Assembly (NCBI GenBank): GCA_031414955.1
Contig: JANOQV010000055.1
Span: 1 to 27,607, forward strand
Direction of reading: 5' to 3'
Length of the DNA stretch: 27,607 nt
Source: Pedosphaera sp.
Lineage (GTDB): Bacteria; Verrucomicrobiota; Verrucomicrobiia; Limisphaerales; SIBH01
Numbering within the stretch: the stretch's first letter is position 1; each line of letters starts with the position of its first letter. The notes below the pieces were generated by a model. It did not search any database. It was not told the DNA's origin and saw nothing but the letters and a program-made list of their open reading frames with translations. Position numbers and translations under genes: made by a program. This document shows, piece by piece, positions 8,200 to 18,023 of this stretch.

Positions 8200-9666
8200 T
8201 CAGCCGCCCGGCCGCTGGCAACTCGCGCGCCAGGTTTCCAACTCCGCCGTCCGCTGTTCCTCCGTCCAGCCGGCGGCGGATGCAAACCACTGTGAGACTT
8301 GCGCAACGTCGCCGTCCGTCATCGGCTCGTAGAGGCACCAGCCGCTGCGGCGCAGCAAGATGTCATCGAGGTGCCAGGCCCATTCGTGGCGGACGAAATG
8401 TTCCACCGCCTCACGGGTGGGCGGCACGGGCTGAACGCTACTGAAGAGCGGAGTTTCGCCCGGCGGCAGCAACTTTTCTTCGGCGGTGACGCAGGGCCGG
8501 GCCGGGCCGCCGAGGTGGCGGACGATCTGATCCACGGTTTGCTCGGCCATCAAACGATAAGTCGTCAACTTGCCGCCCGCGACGTCCCACCATCCCGGCT
8601 CGGGGCAACGAATCTGATGCGCGCGGGAAATGTCGGAGGGCGAACCATCCGGTTGAGCCAGGAGCGGACGCACGCCGGCCCAGGCGCTGACGATGTCGCG
8701 TTCGCCCAGGCCGAGCCCGGGGAAAAATTCGTTGACCGCGCGTAGCAGGTAATCCCGATCACACGGCTCGACTTGCACGGACTCGGGAGCGGCCTGGAAA
8801 TCCGTATCAGTGGTGCCAAGGATGATCCGCTCGCCCCAGGGCAGGATGAAAATGATTCTGCGCCCGTCGGGAATGACCACGGCCTCCGGCACCGGCAGGC
8901 GCGCGCGTCGGAGGACGAGGTGAATGCCCTTGGTCAGCCGGAGCTGCACCGCGCTGTGCGGCACGCGGTTCGCCCAGGGACCAGTGGCATTCACGATGGT
9001 CTTGGCCTGGAGTGAGTGCGTCGCGCCGGTCGGAAGGTCTTCCGCCTCGCATTCCCAAAGCGAACCGGTGCGGCGCGACGCCTGGAAGCGGGCGTAGTTG
9101 AGCAGCGTGGCCCCGTGCCGTTCCGCCGAGCGCAAGGTGTCGAGGACGAGTCGCGCGTCCTGGGTCAGCGCATCGAAGTAGCGCACCGAGCCGGTTAGGT
9201 TCGAGGCGTTCAAGGCCGGCAGCATCTCCAGAGTTTCCGCCCGCGAGAAACTGCGCGAAGGCTGGAAGTTTCGCCCGCCGCAGAGCAGATCGTAAATCTT
9301 CACGCCCAGCCGCAATTGCCAGAGCGGGCGGCCCCGGTCCCGATAGGCCGGGAAAATAAAACCAAGCGGCTCGGCCAGGTGGGGCGCGATGTGGCGGATG
9401 ATTTTCTTCTCGCGACTGGACTCTCGCACCAGCCCGAGCCGGGCCTGTTCGAGGTAGCGCAATCCACCGTGCAGGAGGCGGCTGGAACGGCTGCTCGTCC
9501 CGGCGGCGAAATCCTGCTGGTCGATCAACCCCACGCGCAATCCGCGCAAGGCGGCGTCCCGGGCCACGCCGCTGCCGACGATGCCGCCACCGATGACGAG
9601 CATATCGAGCGGCGGGGCAGCCAGCCGGCTCCAAGTTGCAGAGCGATTGAGCAGAGCAGTTTTCAT
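8200..9666 (-). CDS. glpD: FAD-dependent glycerol-3-phosphate dehydrogenase/oxidase
   Basis: DMLVIGGGIVGSGVARDAALRGL, GTSSRSSRLLHGGLRYL, VNATGPW, KGIHLV, GTTD, AGVRPL and GGKLTTYRLMAE. Confidence 0.9.
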   Translation of the reverse strand: MKTALLNRSATWSRLAAPPLDMLVIGGGIVGSGVARDAALRGLRVGLIDQQDFAAGTSSRSSRLLHGGLRYLEQARLGLVRESSREKKIIRHIAPHLAEPLGFIFPAYRDRGRPLWQLRLGVKIYDLLCGGRNFQPSRSFSRAETLEMLPALNASNLTGSVRYFDALTQDARLVLDTLRSAERHGATLLNYARFQASRRTGSLWECEAEDLPTGATHSLQAKTIVNATGPWANRVPHSAVQLRLTKGIHLVLRRARLPVPEAVVIPDGRRIIFILPWGERIILGTTDTDFQAAPESVQVEPCDRDYLLRAVNEFFPGLGLGERDIVSAWAGVRPLLAQPDGSPSDISRAHQIRCPEPGWWDVAGGKLTTYRLMAEQTVDQIVRHLGGPARPCVTAEEKLLPPGETPLFSSVQPVPPTREAVEHFVRHEWAWHLDDILLRRSGWCLYEPMTDGDVAQVSQWFASAAGWTEEQRTAELETWRASCQRPGG

Positions 9667-9778
9667 CCAGGGTCAGGGGGATGATTTCAAAACAAGACAT
9701 GGACGGCGAGGCGGGAGTGCGGTGGGCAGTCTGTGCCTCATCCGTTGACCAGGCGGCCCGCGGGATGCTGGCGGCAGG

Positions 9779-10465
9779 TCAGTTCGGCTTCAGGGCGCAG
9801 TTGCGTGAGTCGCCCGAGGTGGCCATGGCGTTGGTCAGGCTGGACTGGGAGAACTGCTGGGTGCTGCCGTCGGCCATGACCATGTTGCCGGCATTGATGT
9901 GAATGGTGTTGTCCCAGCGCGGATTGTTGGCCAGGCCGAGCTGAGTGATGACGCCGGTGAGGGCGGCGGGACCGCAGTTCTGGTTGTCGAGGCCGAACAG
10001 ATTTCGGTCGCCGGCCAGATGCATGCCGGGCTTGTCCGGCGCGGCGCTGGTCCCGATGGCGTAACTGATGGCGGTATTCGTCAAGGTGCGCAGGCCGGTG
10101 GCGGCATCGGAGAAGTCGGTCGCAGTCAGCTTCCCGCCGTCGCTGGGGCAGTGCAGGATTTTGGGCGTGACCAGTTCGTTGGACATCGCGGCAAAGTGCG
10201 CCCAGACCTGTGGATTGGCCTTGCTGCCGCCGTCGGCGGGATCGACCACCGAGGGATATTTGTCCTCATGATCGTGGGCCCACATGGTGAAGGAGAGGCC
10301 GAGCTGTTTCTGGTCGTTGACGCAGGCGATGCGGGCGGCCCGGGCTTTGGCCTTGGCCAGCGCGGGTAAAAGCAGCGCGGCCAGGATGGCGATGATGGCA
10401 ATGACGACGAGGAGTTCGATCAGGGTGAAGCCACGGTGGCGCGGGGGCGATTTTCTCAAATTCAT
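9779..10465 (-). CDS. Prepilin-type N-terminal cleavage/methylation protein (PVC PulG-like, H-X9-DG class)
   Basis: [30 protein letters not shown]-x-N-x-x-KQ, CPSD and C-terminal [12 protein letters not shown] (H-X9-DG). Confidence 0.9.
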   Translation of the reverse strand: MNLRKSPPRHRGFTLIELLVVIAIIAILAALLLPALAKAKARAARIACVNDQKQLGLSFTMWAHDHEDKYPSVVDPADGGSKANPQVWAHFAAMSNELVTPKILHCPSDGGKLTATDFSDAATGLRTLTNTAISYAIGTSAAPDKPGMHLAGDRNLFGLDNQNCGPAALTGVITQLGLANNPRWDNTIHINAGNMVMADGSTQQFSQSSLTNAMATSGDSRNCALKPN

Positions 10466-10671
10466 GGGTTTATTTTCGCAACGGTGAATGGACGTTGCGG
10501 CTGGCCCCGCTTGTTCAGGCGAAATTGTAATGTCTGGCCTGGCTCCGACAGAAACTGTGCCGGCCTGAGAACCGGCGTGCCGCCTGCTCCTTGAATCTCA
10601 TCTCAAACTTGCGACCGGGCCGGGATGTCGGCTGGTGTCCGAACGCCTGTTTTGGGTAGATCGACCAGACT

Positions 10672-12855
10672 ATGATATTGCGTGCGTTCCTGCGTGGCTC
10701 ATTCCGCCCGGCCAGCCTGATGGGCCGGGCTTTCCTGACCTTGCTCGTTGGCTCTTGCCTGGCCTCCGCTGACACCATGGTGGCGCCCGGCAACATGGCG
10801 ACCTCGGATGCCACGCTGGGTTCCGGAGTGCTGAGGGCGTCCAGTTACCGATCCCAGTCCGTGTATGGTGCCTCGCACTTTCCACCGGGCATTGCGCTCA
10901 TCATTACCGAGCTGCGCTATCGGCCGGATCGTTTCTACGGGGCTGCTTTCAGCACCACGATTGCGAATCTTCAGGTGAACCTTTCCACGACGGCGCGCGA
11001 TCCGGACGGCCTCAGCCCGACCTTTGCGAACAATCCTGGCTTTGACGACACGGTGGTCTTCAGCGGCGCGCTGGCCTGTTCCAGCGCCTTCACCGGACCG
11101 GCCAATGGTCCCAAGGATTTCGACATCGTCATCCCTCTGGCCACGCCGTTTCTCTACAATCCGGCGGCGGGAAATTTGCTCGTGGAGATTCGCAACTTCA
11201 GCGGTTCTACTGCGGCCAGTCATCTTTCCGGGCAGTTCGTGCCCAATGACGCGGGGTCGAGGCTGGGGGGCAGCCTCACTTCCGCCAACGGCTCGGCGGA
11301 CAGCGCCGTGGAAGCCATCTTCATCGGCTATACGCCGACCAACCAGCCGCCCGTCCCCCCGCAACCGACGCGGCTGGTGCGCGGGCCGTATCTGCAAAAC
11401 GGCACGACCTCGAACCTGCTGGTGCGCTGGCGGACCAGCAGGTTCACCAACAGCGTGGTGCAGTTTGGTCTGGATCATCTGTCCCTCAACTGGGCGGTGA
11501 CGAACTCGGTGCTGACGAACGAGCACTTCGTGACGCTGACTAATCTCGCGCCCGATACGAAGTACTTCTATGCCTTCGGGACGGCGGACACGAATTTCGC
11601 GGGCGGGACAGACTACCACTTCATTACCGCGCCCATCGGCCCCAAGCCCACGCGCATCTGGGTGATCGGCGATGCCGGCTCGGCCAGCATCGGGGATTCA
11701 GCCGGCGTGATTCGCGACCCCGTCGGCATGCGCGATGCCTACTACGCCCATGCGACCAACCGATACACCGACATCTGGCTGATGCTGGGGGATAACGCCT
11801 ACGGCTCGGGCACGGACGAGGAGTACCAGACCAACGTGTTCGGATTGTTCCCGGACTTGCTGCGGCGCTCCGTGGTGTGGTCGGCCATTGGCAATCATGA
11901 CGCGGCCAGCGCCGACGTATACCAGGACACGTTCACCCTGCCGGCGCAGGGCGAGGCGGGCGGCGTGCCCTCGGGCAGCGAACTCTATTACTCCTTCAAT
12001 TACGGGAACATTCACTTCGTCTGCCTCGACTCTGAAATCTCCCCCAACTCTCCGGGCAGCCCCATGCTCACCTGGCTGGAGCAGGACTTGCAGAACAACA
12101 CCAACGACTGGCTGATCGCCTTCTGGCATTCGCCCCCTTACACTTATGGTTCGCACAACTCTGATGACGTGTTCGATTCCGGCGGCCATCTCGTGCAGAT
12201 GCGGCAAAACGTGGTGCCGATTTTGGAGGGCCACGGTGTGGATCTGGTGCTGTGCGGTCATAGCCATGTTTATGAACGCACCTATTTGCTGGACGGGCAC
12301 TACGGTTTCGCCAGCAGCTTCACGCCTTTGATGATGAAGGACAGCGGCAGCGGTCGGGAGGATGACACAGGTTCCTATCGCAAGGGATCCGCCGGCCCGG
12401 CCGAGAATGAGGGTGCGGTTTACGCGGTGGTGGGATCCTCAGGTTGGGCCTGGCCAGGTTATGGGACCATTCCGGCGGGCAAGTATTTGAAGCATCCCGC
12501 CACTTACATCGGCCTGAAACAGGTCGGCTCACTCGTGCTGGATGTGAACACTAACCGCCTCGACGCGAAGTTTCTGCGCAACGACGGCGTTATCGACGAT
12601 TACTTCACCCTGCTCAAAGGCGCGGCTCCCGAGCCGTTGGGCATCAAGACCATGCGGCTCGCGGGCGGCAGCCTGACGATCCAGTTCAAAACCTTGAGCG
12701 GGCAGCGCTATCAAGTGCAGCGCACGGCCAGTCTGCACCCGAAAGACTGGCAGCCTGTCGGCGGCGAGATCCTCGCCACTGGCGCAACCACGCGCTGGAC
12801 GGGCGTGGCCTCGTCCACCGATGCGTTCTATCGGATCGTGCATATGACGGATTAG
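10672..12855 (+). CDS. Secreted purple acid phosphatase-family metallophosphoesterase with N-terminal accessory domain and C-terminal FYR domain
   Basis: RGPYLQ / FN3-like PAP N-domain; metal motifs IGDAG, LGDNAY, IGNHD, WHSPPY and CGHSHVYER. Start may be ATG 10720. Confidence 0.88.
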   Translation: MILRAFLRGSFRPASLMGRAFLTLLVGSCLASADTMVAPGNMATSDATLGSGVLRASSYRSQSVYGASHFPPGIALIITELRYRPDRFYGAAFSTTIANLQVNLSTTARDPDGLSPTFANNPGFDDTVVFSGALACSSAFTGPANGPKDFDIVIPLATPFLYNPAAGNLLVEIRNFSGSTAASHLSGQFVPNDAGSRLGGSLTSANGSADSAVEAIFIGYTPTNQPPVPPQPTRLVRGPYLQNGTTSNLLVRWRTSRFTNSVVQFGLDHLSLNWAVTNSVLTNEHFVTLTNLAPDTKYFYAFGTADTNFAGGTDYHFITAPIGPKPTRIWVIGDAGSASIGDSAGVIRDPVGMRDAYYAHATNRYTDIWLMLGDNAYGSGTDEEYQTNVFGLFPDLLRRSVVWSAIGNHDAASADVYQDTFTLPAQGEAGGVPSGSELYYSFNYGNIHFVCLDSEISPNSPGSPMLTWLEQDLQNNTNDWLIAFWHSPPYTYGSHNSDDVFDSGGHLVQMRQNVVPILEGHGVDLVLCGHSHVYERTYLLDGHYGFASSFTPLMMKDSGSGREDDTGSYRKGSAGPAENEGAVYAVVGSSGWAWPGYGTIPAGKYLKHPATYIGLKQVGSLVLDVNTNRLDAKFLRNDGVIDDYFTLLKGAAPEPLGIKTMRLAGGSLTIQFKTLSGQRYQVQRTASLHPKDWQPVGGEILATGATTRWTGVASSTDAFYRIVHMTD

Positions 12856-13061
12856 CAGTTTGCCGGGATGCGGCTTTGAGATTTCCGCCGGCCCATTCTC
12901 ACGGGTCTGCGGAGGCGAAACATTTTCCCGGATCGTCCTTGAATCACCTTGAAGAAGGCAGTGCGAAGGCTAGTCTCCCAAGGCATTGAAACTCCCAATC
13001 GAGCCGACGAGTGTAAAACACTCCTAAACGCTTGTTGGACGAACCACGAACTGAAACAACG

Positions 13062-16000
13062 ATGAACAAGCCGAACGCTCCGATTTTTTGGTCCCGCTTT
13101 CTCTCTTTCCGCACATTGAGGCAAATCCTGTTCGCCGCCCTGGCGCTTTTTGTAATGACCGGGCGGAGCCTCGCCATCATCGCCATCCCCACGCCGGTCG
13201 AACTCAAGCAGCCGGATGGGCTCAGCATCACGCTCCGGGTGCGCGGGGATGAATTCTGCCACTGGTTCGAGGACATGAACGGTTACGCCGTCACGCGGAA
13301 CCAGGGCCAATACGTCTATGCGGTGCGCGACGCGCAGGGCGGCCTGGCTCCGACGACCTGGGTCGTGGGAGTGGCCGATCCCGTGAACTCGGCGGGCACG
13401 ATTCAAGGCGGACCGAGTCCGGCCTTCAAGCAGCAGCAGCGCGCCGCGCGGCTGGCGGCGACGGATGCGGCCCAACGACCGCCGGCCGTGCCCCCCGTGG
13501 GCGTGGTGAAGAACCTCGTTCTCCTTTGCCGGTTCAGCGATCACGCGCTGGGCGTTCACACCCGTGCGCCGGCGGATTACACCGCGCTCATGAACGCGGT
13601 GGGCGGCGATCCCCTGGTCGCCCCCACCGGCAGCCTGCTGGATTATTACCGGGAGAATTCGTACGGCACCATGACGCTGACCAGCACCGTGATCGCGTGG
13701 GTGACCTTGCCCCAGACGGAAGCCTATTACGGGGATGGGGTGGATGGATTTGGCAACTATCCGCAGAACGCTCAACGTATGGTCGAGGACGCCCTGAACG
13801 CCGCCAATGCGACGGTCAATTTCGGACAGTTCGACGCGGACAACGATGGCTTCGTCGATTCCATCGACATCATTCATTCCGGCTACGCGGCGGAAACCGG
13901 CTTCGGTGGCGGCGACTGGATCTGGTCGCATCGTTGGGCGGTCCCGACGCCCTGGTCGAGCGGCGATTTGAACGGCTCGGGCACGAGCGTCAAAGTTTTC
14001 GACTACCACACCGAGGCGGCGCTTTGGGACACGAGCGGCACCAACATCCTGCGGGTGGGCGTCGTGGCGCATGAGACGGGGCACTTCTTCGGGCTGCCCG
14101 ACTTGTATGACACCGACGGGAGCAGCGAAGGCATCGGTTCCTGGTGTTTGATGGCCAACTCGTGGGGTTTCGACTTCACCCAGTGGCATCCGCCGCACTT
14201 CAGCGCGTGGTGCAAGCAGGAGCTGGGCTTCGTGGTGCCGACCGTCATTGGCGCCGGGACCTACGGCCTGCCGCGCGCGGAGACCATCGCCAAATCGTAT
14301 CGCGTCAATCACGGCTATCCGGGCGGCGAGTACCTGCTCATCGAGAACCGCCAGCCGGTGGGCTTTGAAACCGACATGCCGCAGGGCGGATTGGCCATCT
14401 GGCATATCGACGAAACCAAGCTGAACAACAATTCGGAAGGCTATCCGGGCCAACCGGGCTGGCCGGGTAACAACAACCACTTCAAGGTCGCTTTGCTCCA
14501 GGCGGATGGCCTCTATCAGTTGGAGCACGGTCTCAACCGTGGCAACGCTGGCGACGTATATCACGGCGCAGGCGTGTCCGCCTTGGGCATCAACACTGTG
14601 CCCAACACCGCCGCCTACCAGAACGGAATCATCCGCTCGACCAGCAATATCGTCTCGAGCATCAGCCTTTCCGCCTCCAACATGACCTTCATCCTATCCA
14701 CGGGCGACGTGACCAATGGCCCGGCCGGGCCTGCCATCACGCTCCAGCCGGTGAGCCAGACGGTGCTGGCCGGAGCCAACGTGTCCTTCTCCGTGATGGC
14801 CACCGGCACGCCGCCGCTCTTTTACCAATGGCGGAGCAACAACGTGCCGTTGGCCGGGGCCATCAGCGCCAACTACAACCTCCTGGGGGTGACAACCAAT
14901 CTCGCCGCCCAGTACCTCGCCGTCGTGACCAATGCCTATGGCAGCGTGACCAGTGCCGCCGCGACCTTGACCGTGACGCAGGAGTTGATTGGGGCGGCGG
15001 TGTATCTGCGATCCATCGTCGGCCAGCCCTGGGGGAGCGCGGCCAATGAAGCTGCCCTGAACCAGGCTTTCGGAGCCGGCAACTGGCAGGATCTTCGCTT
15101 CGAGACCGTGAACGTGGCGACCCTCTTTTCCAGTCTCAAGCGATTCATCTTCATGGACGGCAGCCACAATGGAGCCAACGAGCTCGAAACATTTTTAACC
15201 ACCCATCGGACGGCGCTCCAAAACTGGGTCGCCGCCGGCGGTCTGCTTATCCTCAATTCCGCCCCCAACGAAGGCGACGGGATGTATTTCGGATTCGGCG
15301 TCACGCTGCGCAACACTGAAACCGGTCTGACCGCCGCCGGAGTGTCGCCCGCCCACCCCATCGTGCGCGGCCCATTCCTGCCCGTCGGTCTGGCCTGGAC
15401 CGGCAGTGAGTTCTCGCGCGCTTACGTCACGGGATCCGGATTGACCACGATCCTCACGAATGAGTTTGGCCACGCCGTGCTGGCCGAGAAAGGCTGGGGT
15501 CTGGGCCATGTGTTGTTCGGCGGCATGACCGTGCCGAGCCTCCACCTGCCGCTCCCCGAGGCCGCCAACCTCCGGGCCAACCTCCTGGCCTACGGCGATT
15601 CCGTCCGGGCGCGTATCGCCTACGTGCGTTCCACGGTTGGCTCTCCCTGGAACAGCACCGCCAACGAGACCGCGCTGGATCGGGCGTTCGGATCGGGCCG
15701 CTGGCAAAGCCTCCGCTACGAGGCGCTCAACCTCGCTTCGCTCCTCAGCCCGAACACTCGGTTCATTTTCATGGAGGGCGGCGACCACAACGCCAATGAA
15801 CTTGAAGCGTTTCTCACCACCAACAATGTCGCCATTTCCAACTGGGTGACCCGGGGCGGCGCGCTCTTCCTTAACTCCGCGCCCACGGAAGGCAACGGCC
15901 TGAGCTTCGGCTTCGGCGTCGTGCTGACCAACAACACCCTCACCGCCATGGGCCGCGCGGCGGTGGCGGCGCATCCCATTTTTCACGGCCCGGCACTGCC

Positions 16001-16955
16001 CGTGGGCACGCAGTGGAGCGGAACTGAATTTGGCCGAGCCGTCGTGGGCGGTCCGGGATTGACTGCGCTGATTACCAATCAGGCCAATGGCTTGCTGGTC
16101 CTGGCCGAGAAATTCGTCGGGGCCGGGCATGTCCTCTTCGGCGGCCTCACCACCCCCAATTTCCATGTGCCAGTCGCGGAAGCGGCCAACCTGCGCGCCA
16201 ACATTCTGGCCTACGGCTCCGCTGGTCTGGGCTACTACTCTTTTGCCAACACCAACCTGATCATCATCCCTGATACAGGAACCGCCGCGCCTTATCCGTC
16301 CACCATCACCATCGCCGGCGTGGCTGGCCTGCTCTCCAAAGTCACCGTCATCTTGAGCAACATCAACCACACTTGGCCGGACGACCTCGACGTGCTCCTG
16401 GTCTCGCCTCGCGGTGAAAGCATCATGTTGATCTCGGATGCCGGCGGGAGCGCCGATCTGGTGAACACCTCCGTGATTTTCGACCCGACCGCCTCACTCT
16501 CCGTGTCCGATGACACGGCCATTGCGGCGGGAAGCTTTTTGCCCACGGATATTGATAACTCCGACACCCTGCCTGCGCCGGCACCGGGCCGCCCCTACCT
16601 CACGACCCTGGGCGCATTGAATGGCTCCAGCCCCAATGGCATCTGGTCCTTGTTCGTGGCCGATGACCAAGCCGGCGATTTTGGGACCATTAGTGGCTGG
16701 AGTCTCCGTGTCCTGACCACGATTGGACGCCCGATTCTGCTCCCGCCGCGTCAGGTTGGATTGAACGTGGAAGTCGCTTTTCGCTCCGGCACCGGAGCCT
16801 TTGTGGCGGCGGACCAGACCCGCTTTCGCATCGAAGGATCGGGCGACCTGGAAACCTGGACCACCGTGCCTGCCCTGCTGTCGTTGAATGCCGGAGTGCT
16901 GCAATTTACCCAGCCGATCGGGGTCCATCGCTTCTATCGCGTCGTTGAGCCATAA
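13062..16955 (+). CDS. M6-family (immune inhibitor A-like) metalloprotease with Ig domain, two GATase-like repeats, proprotein-convertase P-domain and C-terminal FYR domain
   Basis: Propeptide QPDG...RGDEFCHWFE; YYRENSYG; zinc motif HETGHFFGLPDLYD; WCLMANSWG; EYLLIENRQ; Ig domain ITLQPVSQTV...YQW; P-domain HTWPDDLDVLLVSP...NGIWSLFVAD. ATG at 13062. Confidence 0.9.
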   Translation: MNKPNAPIFWSRFLSFRTLRQILFAALALFVMTGRSLAIIAIPTPVELKQPDGLSITLRVRGDEFCHWFEDMNGYAVTRNQGQYVYAVRDAQGGLAPTTWVVGVADPVNSAGTIQGGPSPAFKQQQRAARLAATDAAQRPPAVPPVGVVKNLVLLCRFSDHALGVHTRAPADYTALMNAVGGDPLVAPTGSLLDYYRENSYGTMTLTSTVIAWVTLPQTEAYYGDGVDGFGNYPQNAQRMVEDALNAANATVNFGQFDADNDGFVDSIDIIHSGYAAETGFGGGDWIWSHRWAVPTPWSSGDLNGSGTSVKVFDYHTEAALWDTSGTNILRVGVVAHETGHFFGLPDLYDTDGSSEGIGSWCLMANSWGFDFTQWHPPHFSAWCKQELGFVVPTVIGAGTYGLPRAETIAKSYRVNHGYPGGEYLLIENRQPVGFETDMPQGGLAIWHIDETKLNNNSEGYPGQPGWPGNNNHFKVALLQADGLYQLEHGLNRGNAGDVYHGAGVSALGINTVPNTAAYQNGIIRSTSNIVSSISLSASNMTFILSTGDVTNGPAGPAITLQPVSQTVLAGANVSFSVMATGTPPLFYQWRSNNVPLAGAISANYNLLGVTTNLAAQYLAVVTNAYGSVTSAAATLTVTQELIGAAVYLRSIVGQPWGSAANEAALNQAFGAGNWQDLRFETVNVATLFSSLKRFIFMDGSHNGANELETFLTTHRTALQNWVAAGGLLILNSAPNEGDGMYFGFGVTLRNTETGLTAAGVSPAHPIVRGPFLPVGLAWTGSEFSRAYVTGSGLTTILTNEFGHAVLAEKGWGLGHVLFGGMTVPSLHLPLPEAANLRANLLAYGDSVRARIAYVRSTVGSPWNSTANETALDRAFGSGRWQSLRYEALNLASLLSPNTRFIFMEGGDHNANELEAFLTTNNVAISNWVTRGGALFLNSAPTEGNGLSFGFGVVLTNNTLTAMGRAAVAAHPIFHGPALPVGTQWSGTEFGRAVVGGPGLTALITNQANGLLVLAEKFVGAGHVLFGGLTTPNFHVPVAEAANLRANILAYGSAGLGYYSFANTNLIIIPDTGTAAPYPSTITIAGVAGLLSKVTVILSNINHTWPDDLDVLLVSPRGESIMLISDAGGSADLVNTSVIFDPTASLSVSDDTAIAAGSFLPTDIDNSDTLPAPAPGRPYLTTLGALNGSSPNGIWSLFVADDQAGDFGTISGWSLRVLTTIGRPILLPPRQVGLNVEVAFRSGTGAFVAADQTRFRIEGSGDLETWTTVPALLSLNAGVLQFTQPIGVHRFYRVVEP
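14998..16217 (+). repeat. Intragenic tandem duplication of a ~206-aa domain in the M6 protease
   Basis: YLRSIVGQPWGSAANEAAL...GHVLFGGMT...EAANLRANLLAYG versus YVRSTVGSPWNSTANETAL...GHVLFGGLT...EAANLRANILAYG; offset about 618-621 nt. Confidence 0.85.
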
Positions 16956-17229
16956 GCCGGTCGGCGGAGTCCGGAGGCTTCATCTCTCTCCTGCTATCAG
17001 GTCGCGCCGGGACAAGTCTCGCCGCGGAATGCGGTGCCAGGAACCTGAAAACAGCTTCATCCGGTCGCTTGCCGTCCTTGGCTACTTCGTTGTCGACAAG
17101 CCTTCCGCCTCGAATATATTCCGCCTCAATTCGTCCACCCGTCACTCCGAGAGGCTGGGTCGCTTCTTCGGGATTCGGGTTCGAAAACAGCCGCCGGTCT
17201 GAACACTGGCAAACAAAAAGGTAAAACAG

Positions 17230-17430
17230 ATGAAATCTATCAAGTCCCTCGTTGCGATCGTTTGTGCGCTGGCCTTCATCAGCTCCGTGACCATCGCCCG
17301 TGCTGAAAGCTGCTGCGACAAGGCCAAGGCCGCCGGCAAGGAATGCGCCCATGCCTGCTGCAAGGACGCGGCCAAGGCTGGCAAGTCCTGCGAGAAGTGC
17401 AACGCCCCCAAGAAGGAAGAGAAGAAGTAG
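17230..17430 (+). CDS. Small secreted Cys/Lys-rich protein (66 aa)
   Basis: Purine-rich RBS (AAAAGG) upstream, Sec signal ending ARA, mature ESCCDKAKAAGKECAHACCKDAAKAGKSCEKCN..., strongly GC3-biased codons and a downstream terminator. Confidence 0.8.
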   Translation: MKSIKSLVAIVCALAFISSVTIARAESCCDKAKAAGKECAHACCKDAAKAGKSCEKCNAPKKEEKK

Positions 17431-17450
17431 TCTTCTCCCTTTTAGTTCTT

Positions 17451-17482
17451 AAGCGGCTCGCCGAAAGGCCAGCCGCTTTTTT
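17451..17482 (+). terminator. Rho-independent terminator
   Basis: AAGCGGCT-CGCC-GAAA-GGCC-AGCCGCTT hairpin running into a T6 tract, about 20 nt after the stop of the Cys-rich gene. Confidence 0.8.
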
Positions 17483-17556
17483 CATGCCCTGCTTTCTACG
17501 CGTTTTTATACGAAGTGGCTTGCGCTTCCGCCGCAGCGTGATTTCATGCCCACGTT

Positions 17557-17633
17557 GCGTCCGTAGCTCAATTGGATAGAGCTTCTGACTTCGGATCAGG
17601 AGGTTGCAGGTTCAAGTCCTGCCGGGCGCACCA
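17557..17633 (+). tRNA. tRNA-Arg (anticodon UCG), CCA encoded
   Basis: Acceptor stem GCGTCCG/CGGGCGC; D arm AGCTCAATTGGATAGAGC; anticodon arm TCTGA-CTTCGGA-TCAGG; T arm GCAGG-TTCAAGT-CCTGC; ends ACCA; 77 nt. Confidence 0.95.
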
Positions 17634-17688
17634 TCTTTCCTCAGCAAATCATGAGATTCTTCTTTCCGCGCAATGAGCGATTCCCGCG

Positions 17689-17709
17689 AGTAGTATCAAA
17701 AGTAGTAAC
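17689..17709 (+). repeat. Putative integrase arm-type sites, left end
   Basis: AGTAGTATC-AAA-AGTAGTAAC, 12-bp period; matches the pair at 22269-22289. Confidence 0.7.
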
Positions 17710-18023
17710 AAGGGCGTTTGAATCCTCCGCACTTCGCCAGCCGTGCGCGCCAGCGTTCTTTCGGTCGCAGCGGTGCGGTTCGCGCAGCTGTTGAGGCGCG
17801 GCTTGCCGCGATGCCGGAAGCCGTAGCGGTTTGAACGGCGGGCGAGGGGCAGGCAGAAGCAGGGTGGCAATGGATTGTTTTTTGGGCTGGCGACTGTCAC
17901 CGCACCGTCCGCACCGGCATCCCCAGAACCGGGCCGGTGTGCTTTCCCATGCCGGGCTTCGATCCAAGCGCCATTTTCGGAAACCCACTGGCGCGAAGAT
18001 TCGCGGCGTGTGAAAATTGCTCC

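Noticed and set aside
12852..14564. 570-aa minus-strand ORF
   Set aside because: Antisense to the M6 protease, which has clear catalytic motifs.
17121..17229. Riboswitch in the leader of the Cys-rich gene (contains GGCAAAC)
   Set aside because: The remaining c-di-GMP-I elements are absent or out of order; would need an Infernal/Rfam hit.
17641..18020. Short ORFs at the island's left end
   Set aside because: They overlap att/arm DNA, have no recognisable motifs and no convincing starts.
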